A stretch of 64,000 nucleotides of DNA, taken from the NCBI GenBank assembly GCA_050084515.1, contig CM114271.1, positions 14,756,001 to 14,820,000 of the forward strand, given 5' to 3'. Positions within the stretch are counted from its first letter, which is position 1, and each line of letters starts with the position of its first letter. A model generated the notes under the pieces. It ran no database searches. It had not been told where the DNA came from and saw only the letters and a program-made list of their open reading frames with translations. This DNA is from Blasia pusilla (Eukaryota). A program made the translations under genes and the position numbers. Below, in pieces: positions 51,247-64,000 of this stretch.

Positions 51247-51934
51247 TCCGATTCTCACCCCTTGGCCACGTCTCACCTGAGACTCGACTTCTCTCAAGTG
51301 TGGGTTCTGCGTTTGGTTCCAGTTTCCTTAGTCGCAACCATAAACGCATGAAACAATCAAAATATTTTTCTTGCTTGCGTCTCGCACTTGTGTTTTCTAA
51401 CTTGTCTCTTCTTGAGACTTCGCCAAAGCGCAAACCATCCTAGCGTGAGCCCGCTAGAGTTCGGATGTTCCGTTTGGCGCTCGTTTGGTTATGAGGGCCG
51501 CAACACCCTCTCACGGAGACGTATACCGTGCAGCAACAAGCGGCCTGATCCGGAAAATTGACAACTATCAAATCGTTGTATCGATAGAGCATACCCTTAA
51601 TTTTGGACATCCCACACGCGTCTATATCCGCTAACCACATACAGAAATAATGCTCTTAGTTAGAGATGTATTAACTGATGGGATATGACTCTCACACTCA
51701 CACACCATTATGGAGAACAAAATTTTGCAATGAGAAAATGAGTGGAGGTTGGTCTCCTTCTCAATTATATAGGGTATGTACAAGCAACCATAACCCTAAT
51801 CCTAACCATAGTTTTGAGTTAGACTAACTATGATTAACTAACCCTACAAAATTAAGCTTTTCTACTTCATTTGAGTACCAAATGTAGCATTTTGGGTGTC
51901 CGACGAGCTTGATTATAGCTCAGTCTTCAATATT

Positions 51935-52900
51935 AATCAATTGCAAGAGCATATAGCCAAGAATTTGCACCAAATCAACTTTTCCAACATTCTCCCTGAG
52001 GCCTCCTCTGACACTCATGGAGCTTGTTTGTACTCATCTGCAGGTACAGGAATAGGGCATGGCTTAGTAAAAATATTTTTATTCATCCATTTCATCTTTC
52101 TTGAAGTATATTCTTACCAATCTTGCGGTCACATCTTGAACTTACCCATTCTTCTCTGCTACGTGTGCCAAATTTTATATCCGGGGAACCCATTGATGCA
52201 AAGGGTATCCATATTTTCAATGTGCACATGGTGGAGAATGAATGTCCATACATGATGTGATTAGAGCGGAAATCGCATCGATGGCTCATATTACAGAGTA
52301 CACCATTGGGCAAGGGGAGCTCTATGTCTTACCTTCAACCACACCAGCAACCTCTCATTGAAGAGTTGATCTTGAGGTGGATTGTAGATATAAGATGATG
52401 TGGTCATTTTTTATTCCACACAATGTGACTTGGTATGTTGAGCGGCATATGCTAAAGCTTCAACAGCTGAAGCAACAACAAAAATAAGGAGTTAAGTTAT
52501 GCTATGAGACATGTGACACATGGATTTATTTGTTTTTCCATTGAAATATTTGGGCATTTACATGCGGTTCTTGATACTTTCGTGAAAAATTATCTCATCA
52601 TTCCCTCGAGAATTATCACCTTGTCCCTTCTCATAGTCCTTTGCTCTCTATAGTCACTACTTATCTACTGAAATGCATCTCAATGGCCTTACAATGTACA
52701 TAAGCTTTGGGGTTGATACGTTGAGCGGAAGTGATAGGGAGTCGCTCACCTCATCGTCCATTGACATCTAACCAATCCCTAGTGTTCTTGTCAGATTTAT
52801 TTAATGTTAACTATTAATCATGTAGCTCATTGAGTTGGTGTTTGTGTTGGCTAGTTGCCATTCTTTTTTTGCATTCCATTCTGTATTTCTTGACTCCTTC
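51935..52900 (+). mobile_element. 3' fragment of a CRE/NeSL-like non-LTR retrotransposon (zinc knuckle plus restriction-like endonuclease)
   Basis: Across frameshifts: SSAGTG, EPIDAKGIH..CAHGGE..IHDVIR, RVDL, DVVI, FSIEIFGHL. Confidence 0.7.
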
Positions 52901-53569
52901 CCTTCTTGGGATGTTATAACCTTTCTTTGTCATATTTTGAAATTGCTACCAGCGCCAATTTAATGTCCATAGGTGAGATGTGAGCTTTGAAGTTCGAGAT
53001 CTTGTCAAGAAATACATAATGGAGACTAAGGTCCCACCAATTACCTTCAAGTATCTCTAGGAATATGGCGCCAAGATATGCAAGACCCTTCAAGATCAAG
53101 GTTGCACAGAAATGGACTTGTCCGTGCATGGGATAGACATGCTCAACAGGTCCTCAGCCTGGGTTTTCTTTGGTACCCCGATCTCCTGCATAAGCTCAGG
53201 ACACAACAACGGGTCTGAGCAAGGATCTAATGAGTGTGCAGGCTATGAGCCTTTTCCATGCTTGCATCAAGCCCACACATAACCTACACTAAGTCCTTCT
53301 AGCCCATAGCAAACCACTCAAGGCTTGTTTTGCTCAAGGCTCCCAATTGGCCTCCACAAGCTCGATGCGGACCATTGTGGCCTTGATGTTGGCTACAAAC
53401 TGGGTGGCAAGAACGAGCAACGGATCATCTGAATGTATTTGGGTGGTCCGAGCTTGGATCTATGTTGCAGGTAGGGTGGGCTCACGTGTGCTCAAGGCTA
53501 GGGTAGGATGGACTCAAGAATTCGAGCCCGCACGGAACTGGTTTGTGTACGACCTTGTTCAAGATACTC

Positions 53570-54300
53570 AAATAGGTTAAAGAGATATCATACCAATTGA
53601 GGTTGCCATTGGAGTAATCAAGTTTATGATATGTTCCATATTAGTGAACTAAAGGAGTAAGTGGATGATCAAGACCCGTTTTAGACAATACTTTTACGAC
53701 CCTTCCCGATCATAGTCAAAGACCAAGAGGAGTACGTTTGAAGTCAACACTATACACGATGAGCATTGAATAAAGAGAGGAAGGAGAGTAATAAACGAAT
53801 ACTTTATGGCATAGAAAGGTTATGATTTATGCGTAAGGATGTAGGCAAGGATATAGGAACTAGAAATTAAAGTAATCTGAATTTTGTTGGGGAACTTCTA
53901 GAGGAATTAGACGAAGGAGATTACAAGGAAGATAGATGGTAAGACTAAAGTTTGGTGCTTAGCTTAAGAAAGTGTCCAAAATTTGTCTGGAATGTTTTCA
54001 TTCGGGTGCATGTATTGGTGAATGGAGCATGACTTGTATGTGTTGTGGCATCACGAGATTATGTGGTTGAGTTTGACACGGTTTGCTACCACAATCGAGG
54101 TCTTAGTGTCATGTACTTAATGTGACCCAACACGTTGGGTTAGATTAGATTAGTGTAGGTTTGGTGTTTACTGAAGGACAAGGGCCATAACCTAAGAAGT
54201 TGGTAAATTCAATCTAAGGATAACATATGGTATCTTTACGGGGGACCCAACTTTATAAAGTGGACAAAAGCGTCAACTCAACTAAGTGGGGGAGCATGAT
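53570..54300 (+). mobile_element. Remnant Gypsy integrase C-terminus/chromodomain and PPT
   Basis: YQLRLP...VYDMFHISELKE, PDIVKDQEEY, EYFMA*KGY. PPT AAGTGGGGGAG at ~54284. Confidence 0.55.
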
Positions 54301-57300
54301 GAATAGCTAAGCCTATGGAGCCCATGCTAGCGGGGACTTAAGAAGTAGGTCATGATTGTTGGTCTAAGGAGGAAAGACCTGGGTGTTGCCCACCAAAGTT
54401 CAAACCTAGACTAATTAGTCATGAGACTAGGAAGGGCAGCAAAACTAGCCATGGGACTACATCACAAAACTTGGAGTTGCATCATTTTGATATCAATTAG
54501 AATATGATGTGTGTTTGATGTATTTATAATATCATTTCTATAGAAAATTTTGTCCATATAATTTTCATGGAAAGTTTATTGATGTAAGACATCAATATCA
54601 AAAAAATATTTGATTGATATCAAATCAATATGAAACTTAGCGCTATCAAATTTCATGCTGAAATTATATCAACGTTAGCATCCTCTAACTTTTGTGATGT
54701 AGCGATAGGTGAAACGCGCATATGTCTTATGACTAGCCTTAGAAGAGAAATTAAGGAGCGTAGTTACTTGTGGGGACAAAATAAAGACAAGAAAGGTTTG
54801 AGACCTTGGATCCAAGCGCCAAGTCAAGGGCGAGAAGCAAGGAACATGTTAGTAATGAGGATCAGCAAGATGCCACGAAACTAGTCAAGAAACTCAAATG
54901 GAGGCAAGATGACCATCAAACGCCAAATAGGGAGTCAACATAGGTACTAACCATTAAAAATGTGAAATTTGGGTCCAAGCTCCAAGATGCATTTGGTGAG
55001 CCCACAGCTGCATAAGCTTCTACGAAGCCTTTGCCAAGCCATCTAGATGGATAACTAGTCAAATATCAGTCCGCGGGTTGCAAACCACGTTTGGGTAGAG
55101 GGCCAAAATCAAGGTCTCGAGAGGGATAATGAGGAAGGTGGGATTCCCCTGAAGAATCCTAGATATACTTATAGGTGGGGACAGTCTCCCGCTCTATACG
55201 ATCAAGCCCTTGAACTAAGAACTAACTATGATGTGTGTTTGGCCATGTTTCAAGTTTGAGCTAAGGGACGTACCTTGAGGAATTAGACAACGCGCTCTAG
55301 TGTAGGCAAGTGACTTGGGGAGATTGGTCAAGGCTTGGGGAAGAGGCTTCCTAGGGAGACAGTATGCACTTGGGAAGACTCAACCCTATTAGCCCTTGGA
55401 AGATTTTGGGCTACCTACGAAACAAGCAACCGGTTGAGTCTTTGAGACTTTCGGTCAATCTAGGTCTTTGACTTGCAAAGCTCAAAGTTGGGAGTGCTTT
55501 AGGGTGAAGCTAGGTAAAGTAGAGGATAGAATCTACAATGTAGTAGGTCTAGCTAGCAACTATGTCAGTCTATTAGTTGCAACCTACCATGAACCAATGG
55601 TTGACATCCAGAGAACAGGTGCCAAGGGCACCTCCATCAACTCATCACCAATGAGCTGTAATGATGAGGCACAAACATCATCTCCACACTTGCATAACAG
55701 GGTGGCTAGCCAAATCCCATCGGTGGGCATACTTCCCAATGCTACAACATTGATCTGAAGCACAAGAAACTTGGGCACGATAGAATTTTGTGGCCATCCC
55801 CAACATTGAACTTGGTATGTTCTCCCCTTGAGCCTCAGCAATATGCGTGGTCATACTCGTTTTGTCCATTTTTCATACGCATACACATCGCTACATAACA
55901 TACATCGTTATCATCGAACATACATACAAACACATACGATCCCATTCTTACTCATGGAATCCAGACACCAAGACGAGAAGTACCAAAATATCTCCAATCA
56001 CTGGCGGCCGTGACCACTAGTAGTGTGCGGCAAGACCACTAATTCCAAATACTCACCTATCCCTACCTACCATGACACATATCTCTAGGAAGCTAAGAGC
56101 AAAAAGGCTAGGTGCTCATATGGCCCCATTGTTAGTCGCCTTCTTTTTCATCCATGTCACAAACACAAGTCGAAATCTAGAACTACCTACTCTACGTACA
56201 TCTGGGGCACATCCATCGTCCTTGAGGAACCCTAGTGAGAGGTGGCGTCAGAAATTCCATATGCCACCCTCTCGAACACCCATCACAAACTACCATAGTG
56301 GCTGCACCACGGGCGGAACCACACAGCATACACCGCAAGCTTCCAAGAACTACTGCTAAGCTCGGATCAACTATACTGTCAATGTTAGGAAGGTGACATG
56401 GCGCACAGTTACGCACATGGTCCTTCCAAACCATACCATCGTGTCCTCCAATAAGAAAACACCAGATGGCAGAATCTCATGCACCCTTAAGATAGTGTGT
56501 CTTGCAGTCACATCCAACGTCATGAGTGTCGTCTGCTACAAGTAGACAAAGTCTCCCTCATGAAACCTCCCGATACTTGATTAATAATCACCTCCCCGAA
56601 TAGTCGCATACCTCAATGTATCCCGATGTTGCGCAATCGCCAAGTTCTCAAACGCCATAGGCATCACTCTCCTAAAAAATTGAGCCCTCTCAGAGCATGC
56701 TCGCATCCATACATCATGGTCATCAAGGTTCAAGACCTCACCAACATCTCGACGAATGGCCGCAGGTAAATCTGACTCTCGGCCATAAAGCAACAAGTAT
56801 GGTGAGAAAGACGCTAAAGATGTCTGCATGCTAAATATGTATCCCATCGCCAACCACAACAACTACAGGTCTCAATCTCCTAAGTGACCTCTGTGCAAGC
56901 CATACATGCGTAAATCTCTCTTCATCGTCTCCGCAACCCTCTACTAGTCCATCCGCCTCAGGATGATCTCGCAAAGTGGTGCGGTGGTCGATTAACGCCT
57001 CATCACACAAGGCCTGAAACTCCGTGCAAGACTCTGTATCCTATTCTGTCAACACCTCAATTGGTGCGCCATAATGACTCGGTCAACACTGGATCTAGGA
57101 AGGCATACCCTACTCCCTCACTTCTTTTTCAAGCAATGCAAGCAACTCTATCCACTTCAAGAAGTACTCGACCATCACCAACACATAACGACTATGGTGC
57201 TATGTCAACGGTAAAGGTTCTGCAAAATCCAAACTCCATCTAGAACCTAAACCCATAGTCAAAAGTGGATGCAACTGTGGAGTCAAAACAATGAACAATA

Positions 57301-59569
57301 TTCGGACCCAATCACACACCATGTACCTGGCAACAAATTGTTGAATGTCAGTCTGCATGCCTCGCCACCAATATTGTATCTGGAGCAAGTTGTACGCCCG
57401 CTTCACTCCAAAATGACCCAACTCCTCATGGGCATGACCCATCAAACGTGCTCTCTATGAAGGATGAGGCACTACACATACTCTACCATCCTCCCAGACT
57501 CGTAACACATGTGTCCCCTCCCACCTGAACTGTCTGGCTCGCTATAGGATCCGATCCCGCTCTCTAGCACTCATTGTACTCTTGATGCTGCTAGTACACA
57601 TGTACTCCAAGAATACTCCATCCTCATGAATATCTTGGCTCCATGTCATCTCCTCACGGGACTCTCGATCTAAGGACTCTCCATCAGACCTCGCCATTGA
57701 AGTCTTAACACTCTGGCTCTCCATAGCCAACAAGCCCAAATAGGCTAATGCGTGCCATCCTGGCACCAACTCCTCATCACTCTCTCCATGCCAACGAGCT
57801 CCATTTGCATCTCACTGACTCGGGCATGGATTACGGCTCAAACCATCTGCATCTTGGTTGAGCATCCCAAGTCTATGTACGACCTAGAGGTCATACTCTC
57901 GCAACAAACGAGCCCGCCTTGCAAGCTTTCTTGTAAGCTTGTCGGACTCCATCAACCACTTAAGTGGTTGATGATCAGTAATAATGGTAAAGGGGTTGCC
58001 GAATCACTAACACCTCAAATGAGCGACAACCCACACTGCAGCCAAGCACTCACCCTCATACAAGCTATACTTTGCCTCTCATGCATTGTTCAAGTGACTA
58101 GCGTAAGCCACCATGAACTTTCTACCATCATCGTCATGCTCAGTGAGCACGGCTACAGCCCCAACATGCTCCAATCTATATGCAACTAGAAAGGACGCCC
58201 CCTAATCAATCTCCTTAATATGGGCGCGGACGTCAACCTATCCTTGAGCAGTTGAAATGCTCTCTCTTGCTCATCCCCCTAGTCCACTCTTGATCCACCT
58301 TGGTCAGCAAGGTTAGCGGCTTCGCAATCAAATTGAAACCCTTGACGTACTCTTGATAGAAGTTCGCCAATTCCATGAATGCACGAACTCGACTCTCATC
58401 TGTAGGGCCCGGGATGCGTGAAATAGCCTCTACCTTTGTCTGCTGCACACCAAGGCCATCTGGGTATATCGTATGACCCAGATACTCAATCTGGTCGTAG
58501 CTTTAGCCCATGTTACTGCAATCGTCGAAACACCTCCTCCACATATTGCTCATGCTTCCCAACCGTGGCGCTAAAGACTAAGATGTCATCAATATAATAC
58601 CTAGCAAAATCCACACCTGCCAAGATCCTATGAAACTCAGTCGGGGCGTTCTTTAACCCAAATGGTAACCGCCATTAGTACAAACAATCCTTCCCATGAG
58701 GATCGATGCCCCAAAATTCCGTCTTCTTCCTATCTACCAATCTGATAGGCAGTTGATGGTATCCGGCTCAAAGATCAAACAAACTGAAGACCTTTGCATG
58801 CCCAATAGCATCAAAGATCTCCTCAAGGATGGGCATGGCATACCTATTGGACTTTGTCTGCCGATTGATAGGTCGGTAATCTGCACACATCCGCCTATCC
58901 GTCCAATTTCCATGCACATCCTTCTTGGCAAGCATGATAGTGGCAGATGCATACTCTCCATGCAACATCTCCACTAGTTTTGCTCCAACCAAGTCCTGGC
59001 TCCTACTCTGAATCAGAGCCCTCTCCATGTCACTGTACTTGTAGGGTCGTTAGAAGATTGGCATGTCGCTCAACAAACTCAATGCGGATCCCTAGATCCT
59101 TCAGCGTACCCAAATCATGCATGCTAAAATGCAAAATAACTCCTTTAACTCCTAAGGAACTGATGTATCCGGCGCCGCTCTCCTCTTATTAACTTAGGGC
59201 TCATATCTGGTAAAAAACCCTAGTTTTTCCGAGTAGTCAAATAGTCGGGAGCCGCAGTGGTAGCGCATTCTCGTATGTCGAGTTATCTCCCAGTTCAGGT
59301 TCCATCGAAGCTCTTCTGTGAGCACACGGACGGACTAGGCCACTTTGTATCTCTAAGTTTTGTAAAGATTTCATTGATTTCGTCACTTTGTGTTTTCTCA
59401 CAAAGGGTGTCTCTCCTAATCATCCCTAGTGTGTCGATCTCCTCAAGTCTCGCCCTCAGCCATTGCCTCAACTGTCTCGGTTGACATGGGGCTCACCAAC
59501 GCAACAGTTGTGATCCGTCTCAACCTCAAACGACATTGCTCAGCTACTCCTAAGCTGATAATCCATGTC

Positions 59570-60560
59570 AGAAGATCAGGTCCATCGCCTGATCCAAAAC
59601 ATATCTGATAGTGACTACCGTCACTATCAGAGGCATCACGACGATACTACCGTCACTCTTGTAAGGAATCCCATCACTTGCCCCCACTCATTAGCGTTGG
59701 GCTCCACGAACCGCTCTACCTGGTCATCCCAAAACAAGGCAGGTCTGGCCTCCTTGAATGCATAGGAAGCGGGAAAACTCACAAATGTGGGAATGGATGC
59801 CCCTGGCATGTCAATCTTGTTGACCACACTCAATAGAGGTCAATCATTGCGCCGCACTTCCTGTGATCGACGACCTGGATCCAGAATAGAATCCACCAAC
59901 AAAGGGGATGGGCGCTCCGCTCTCGCATAAGCCCTCTGCAACATCTCATGTGGAACCAAGTTGGTCCAACAAAGACGTAGGCAATGTGCTCGTTAACCTA
60001 CACTCGCCACATCCAAAAACACTCCTGGGCCGATCCATGCGCGCACATGATGTGCACTCCTCACTACGCGGAACCTCCAATCGCCCAAAATTGGCACATT
60101 CTCTAGAATGTTTGTTGGAGAACAAGACTGATGCTCCCGCAAGTTGCAAGATCCTCTTCATCTCCCAAAAAAAACCTGGATTGAGTGTTAGCCAACTTGC
60201 TACCTCATCCACCACTAGACTGGCCCTAAAACAGCCAAACCAATAATGACCAAATCTATGGTCCCTACGCGCTCCAATTCCTACGCCCCCAGCAATGAAA
60301 TGTCCCTCGATAGGGAACTCTGGAACCCTTGTACGGTGGACGTGGACAACAAGTTGAGAAATCATAGGCATAACTACACCACATGGTGAAGTGAAGCGCG
60401 CCTCGCAACATCATCAATCTCAACGTAGAGGTATAGCTGCACACGCACTCCTCCCTGCAAAATAGCAACTAAGCCATTGTTGATCCCTCCAAAGAGATCC
60501 AACATGCGAATACCCTCCTTTGGGATGCGCCACACAATTGGTGTGGTGTCCAAGGGGGTC
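59570..60560 (-). pseudogene. DNMT3-like C5-cytosine methyltransferase domain inside pol
   Basis: Motifs in order across frameshifts: I LDLFGGI, II YVEID, IV IDLVIIG(W.C.G, degraded), VI ILENV, VIII LDVASVG*RAH..RLCWTNL, IX EPNANE..VMGF, X VLDQAMD. Confidence 0.85.
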
Positions 60561-61598
60561 ATAGTAGCACTCCTGGCTACCTCGGGTGCTTCTGACCCAT
60601 CACGCTTTGGTGCAAACGCCTCACTCCATGTCGTCTGCACGTCATCATTGGATAAGTGTTGAAGCTTCTCACTCAAGCCCCACAACGGCACGTCTCTTGC
60701 ACAAAAAGATGCCGCTACCATAACACTCCTCTCCCTAGAAGTGTCAGGCACGGGTGTGTCTTCTTCATGGACATGCCCCTCAATCATATCACTAGGCCAC
60801 GTGATGGCGCTGCTGAATGTTGCTAATGTCGCCATCTTTTGTGGCCCACGCTCGATCACTCCACACGTGAATCGCACTGGTAATGAACTAAGTCACCGCA
60901 TTGAGTCATCACCGGACTGCCATCCTGGTTTGTAGGACGCTAACTCCCCCGGTGCGTAATCCAGGGAAAACCCCATTGGGTATAACACTGCACCTCCAAC
61001 CAAGACGTCATAGGACTCGACATCGGGCACTATCGCCTTGGCTCGCACGACGAACTCATCTGTAGGATTCCTTGGCGAATCCTCACCACGGCCTCCTATC
61101 GGGTGATAAACTTTGTGGTACTCGCTCCACCCAAGGATGTTTGTATCCAGGATGGACAACGCTCCACATCGACCTTCGTCAGGCCCAATCTTCTAAATGC
61201 CGCTTTCCCCAACATCAGGGGTTGCGATCCCAAATCTAACAAGACGCATTGCGGACAAAACACTCTACCTCTTGGACTAACCAAATGGAAGACCTCTCCC
61301 CAAACACAACACCTGGAGCAACCATGGCACGCTCTATGGCGGGTCTAGTGGGCATCTCCGCCATCCTAGCAGCCACAAACTACCATGAATCTGAGGTGGA
61401 CGGCCCGAGCATCGGCTGCAAGGGCAGATCCACCACCTCCTCTGCAATCACCTCTGAACGTGATGCAGTAACACCATCTCCAAGCTCACATATCGAAGCC
61501 GCCAGCCAAAGAACCTCGGCGGACATACCTCCCAACATCATAACATCGGAAGTAGAAAACAAAGGAGCACGGTACACAATCGTGGCTACTCCCAACGT

Positions 61599-61936
61599 GG
61601 GGTCTGGTATTCTGGCATGAGAGAGGAAGAGAGGAGAGTCTCTCTTCAAAAAAAAGGCAAAAAAGGCATTTTTTGGGTGTTTTAACGTTTGCAACCCGTC
61701 GGACTCCGACGGGTTGCAAATGTTAAAAGAAAACAACAAAAACAAAAAAATTGCAAAAAAAAGGTTTAAAATTTTCCAAAAAAAATTTGCCTTTTCAACT
61801 TGTCAAAACTTTCCTCTCTCCAACTTGTCGGAAACTCTCTTCAAACCAAAAGAGCCCTACGGGTTGCCAATATCTTCCTCTCTCCTCTCTTCCTCTCTTC
61901 CTCTCCTCTCTTCCTCTATTCCTCTCCTCTTACCGC
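61599..61936. mobile_element. 338-bp non-autonomous derivative of the ParB-MTase DNA transposon
   Basis: Begins GGGGTCTGGTATTCTGGCATGAGAGAGG and ends CTCCTCTTACCGC. Central palindrome at 61681-61727. Degenerate 15-bp flanks (10/15). Confidence 0.88.
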
Positions 61937-63704
61937 TCCTCCCCCCAACATCGTACTCGACACATTCTCCTCCTGTGCATCAGCAATAGGATTCGTCGTA
62001 CTTGCTTCTCCTATTTTCCTCCATGCTTGCACACCAACAACATCACCTCTTTGGGAACTCTGATCAGGACCCATCGATGGGGTCCTCATCGCCTCAACAA
62101 CGTAAAAGACTTAGGAAGCCTGGTCTATTTCCTGGCTTTCCCTCTCTGTGGATCCAACTCTGCAGCTGCTCCACGTGTAACAACAGCGGCAGCTTCCAAT
62201 TGGACATTCACGCACATCCAACCAGGATCCTCCATATCTCTGGATGCTCCATAAGACGTTGATGCCACTGATCCGGCATCGAGTAACGGCAATTCCATAG
62301 CGGCAATCTGCTACTACAATTGCTGTATCTGAGAAGCCATCCCATCCTCACGCTCGGCCTCTTCCTTGACGCATCTAGGTGGTGGAACTCTACCTCCTCC
62401 AAGAGCAACTCAACCACCCTCTTGGGCAAATCCAACTCCTCGTCCCTCAACAAGACCACCTGGTGCACAACCTCTAGTCCCACTTGGACCGGCAACTCGA
62501 TCTGATGCCCTCTGTGGCCCTCGATTTGGACTTAACTCGGGATGTAAGCTGAAAAATTGTGCACGTGTATGACCATACCTCTGAAAATAGTCACACTGAT
62601 AAACTCTTGGTGCAGCCCCATCTCCTCCTCCATGATGAGGCACGCGTCCACTACCATGACAAGTGCAATCGCGTTGGTGATGGGCTCAACCACATGCCCA
62701 ACAATTAATCGTAGACGGCTGCTACTGAGTCGCATATGAAAGCGCAGGTCTCTATGGCACGACCTCCCGGTATCCTCCCTGAGCTCGTGGTGCCACAGAC
62801 CTCTCTCAAAATCCATGTTGCTACACCAGTGGTGCAGGCAATCCTAACTACTCTTGCCCAGAACCCATGGTGGCTACGCTCTCCTCCGCCATGTTGCGCT
62901 CAATGTTCTCGGTGGTCATAAAAACATCTATCAAGGTAGGTGAGATGTGCATAAGAAGTACCCCATCCCTCACCCGTTTCCGTAGGTCTCAGTCCAACAT
63001 CGTGTACCATGCCCGAATAGCCTGGGACTCTCTCACCCCCTGGATGACGCTAATCAACCGGGGAAAGCAAGTGTAAGCCTCACGCAAACTCTCACCCAGT
63101 CGCCTCTAGAAGTTGAGGATGCTCCGCAACGTCTCCATTCATACCCCCTGATAGCTCGTCCGCAACTCTGCAAAGAACTCAACCACGGGGCTGAATCTAG
63201 GACAGACCCGATTGGACGATGCAACTGCGCCAATTCGAGTTATCCCTCCTAAAACATCACAAGTGGAAGAGGAAGTAGCCTCTCTTGACTCCTCCTCCTT
63301 ACCTAGAAATGGCTCAGTCCATGCGGCACTCAATCTACACTCCCTCTCACTAAGGCGTGTACTGTGCGGCAACAAATGGCGTGGTGCGGTATATCAGAGA
63401 TTGTCCTATCATCTCATCAACAGAACATACCCTCAACTCTGGACATCCCACACATGTCTATGTCCCCTAAACCCATACATCAACGATGCTCTTAGCATCT
63501 ACACAAAACCCAATATCCCAAAATAACTACCCAATACCTGGAATTTCCTCACACGTGCAGGGCAAAAGCCAGAATGGATAAAGTGAACAAATATTGATGT
63601 TGCTCCTCAGCAACTAAAAATCTCAACCCCAACTTGGTCGTGAAGACAAACTCCTCCAATCAGCAAGTCTTACTCCTCTGGTATTGACGATGTTCAAATC
63701 TCCT

Positions 63705-64000
63705 CGATGTGCGGTGCGACGGATGTGCGGGGATTACCGACCTATCAATCGACAGGCGAAGTCGGATCGATATGCCATGCCTACTCGTGAGGAGATCTTT
63801 GATACATTAAGGCATGCAAAGATTTTCAGTACTTTAGATCTTCGTGCTGGCTATCATCAGCTTCCTATCAGGTTTGAGGATAGAGAGAAGACAACATTCT
63901 GGGGGATAGATCCATTCGGGAGAGATTGCTTGTATCAATGGCGGTTCTTACCATTTGGGTTGAAGAACGTATCTGCGGAGTTTCAAAGAGTGATAGATAG
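63705..64000 (+). pseudogene. RT fragment of the same PHD/DNMT Gypsy family, opposite orientation
   Basis: RMCGDYRPINRQAKSDRYAMP...LDLRAGYHQ...LPFGLKN. Confidence 0.88.

Larger units (their letters stand above)
55871..63350 (-). mobile_element. Near-complete decayed Gypsy: gag-protease-DNMT3-like-RT-RNase H-integrase-PHD with ~126-bp 3' LTR
   Basis: Gag knuckles ~62550-62710, LLDLGSQ ~61230, MTase 59570-60560, RMCADYRPIN and YIDD ~58590-58900, integrase 56581-57445, PHD 56192-56434. Confidence 0.9.

Noticed and set aside
60374-60877. Host DNMT3/DRM gene
   Set aside because: Intronless and embedded in retroelement pol at the same position in two elements.

Overview
Gene-free, nested transposon cluster from a eukaryote, most likely a non-seed land plant (inferred from the TE families and GT-AG introns). 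Most of the window is decayed Copia, Gypsy, hAT and CRE-like debris. Two things stand out. (1) A 12.3-kb DNA transposon (398-12711, exact 15-bp TSD, asymmetric GA-rich ends). It carries a GCM-like/MULE-DDE/SWIM transposase, a divergently transcribed ParB-like + beta-class amino-methyltransferase-like gene and a small third ORF. Its introns and intergenic/subterminal DNA hold dozens of a ~27-bp CG-rich palindrome (GCAACCCGTCGGAnTCCGACGGGTTGC). A decayed second copy (47861-51246) and a 338-bp non-autonomous derivative (61599-61936) are also present. (2) A Gypsy family with ~126-bp LTRs, a DNMT3-like C5-methyltransferase between protease and RT, and a PHD finger after integrase. Both the full DNA transposon and its miniature derivative are inserted in this family. 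A different solo-LTR family encodes two mutually similar micro-ORFs. All domain calls are by-eye motif recognition; no searches were run.
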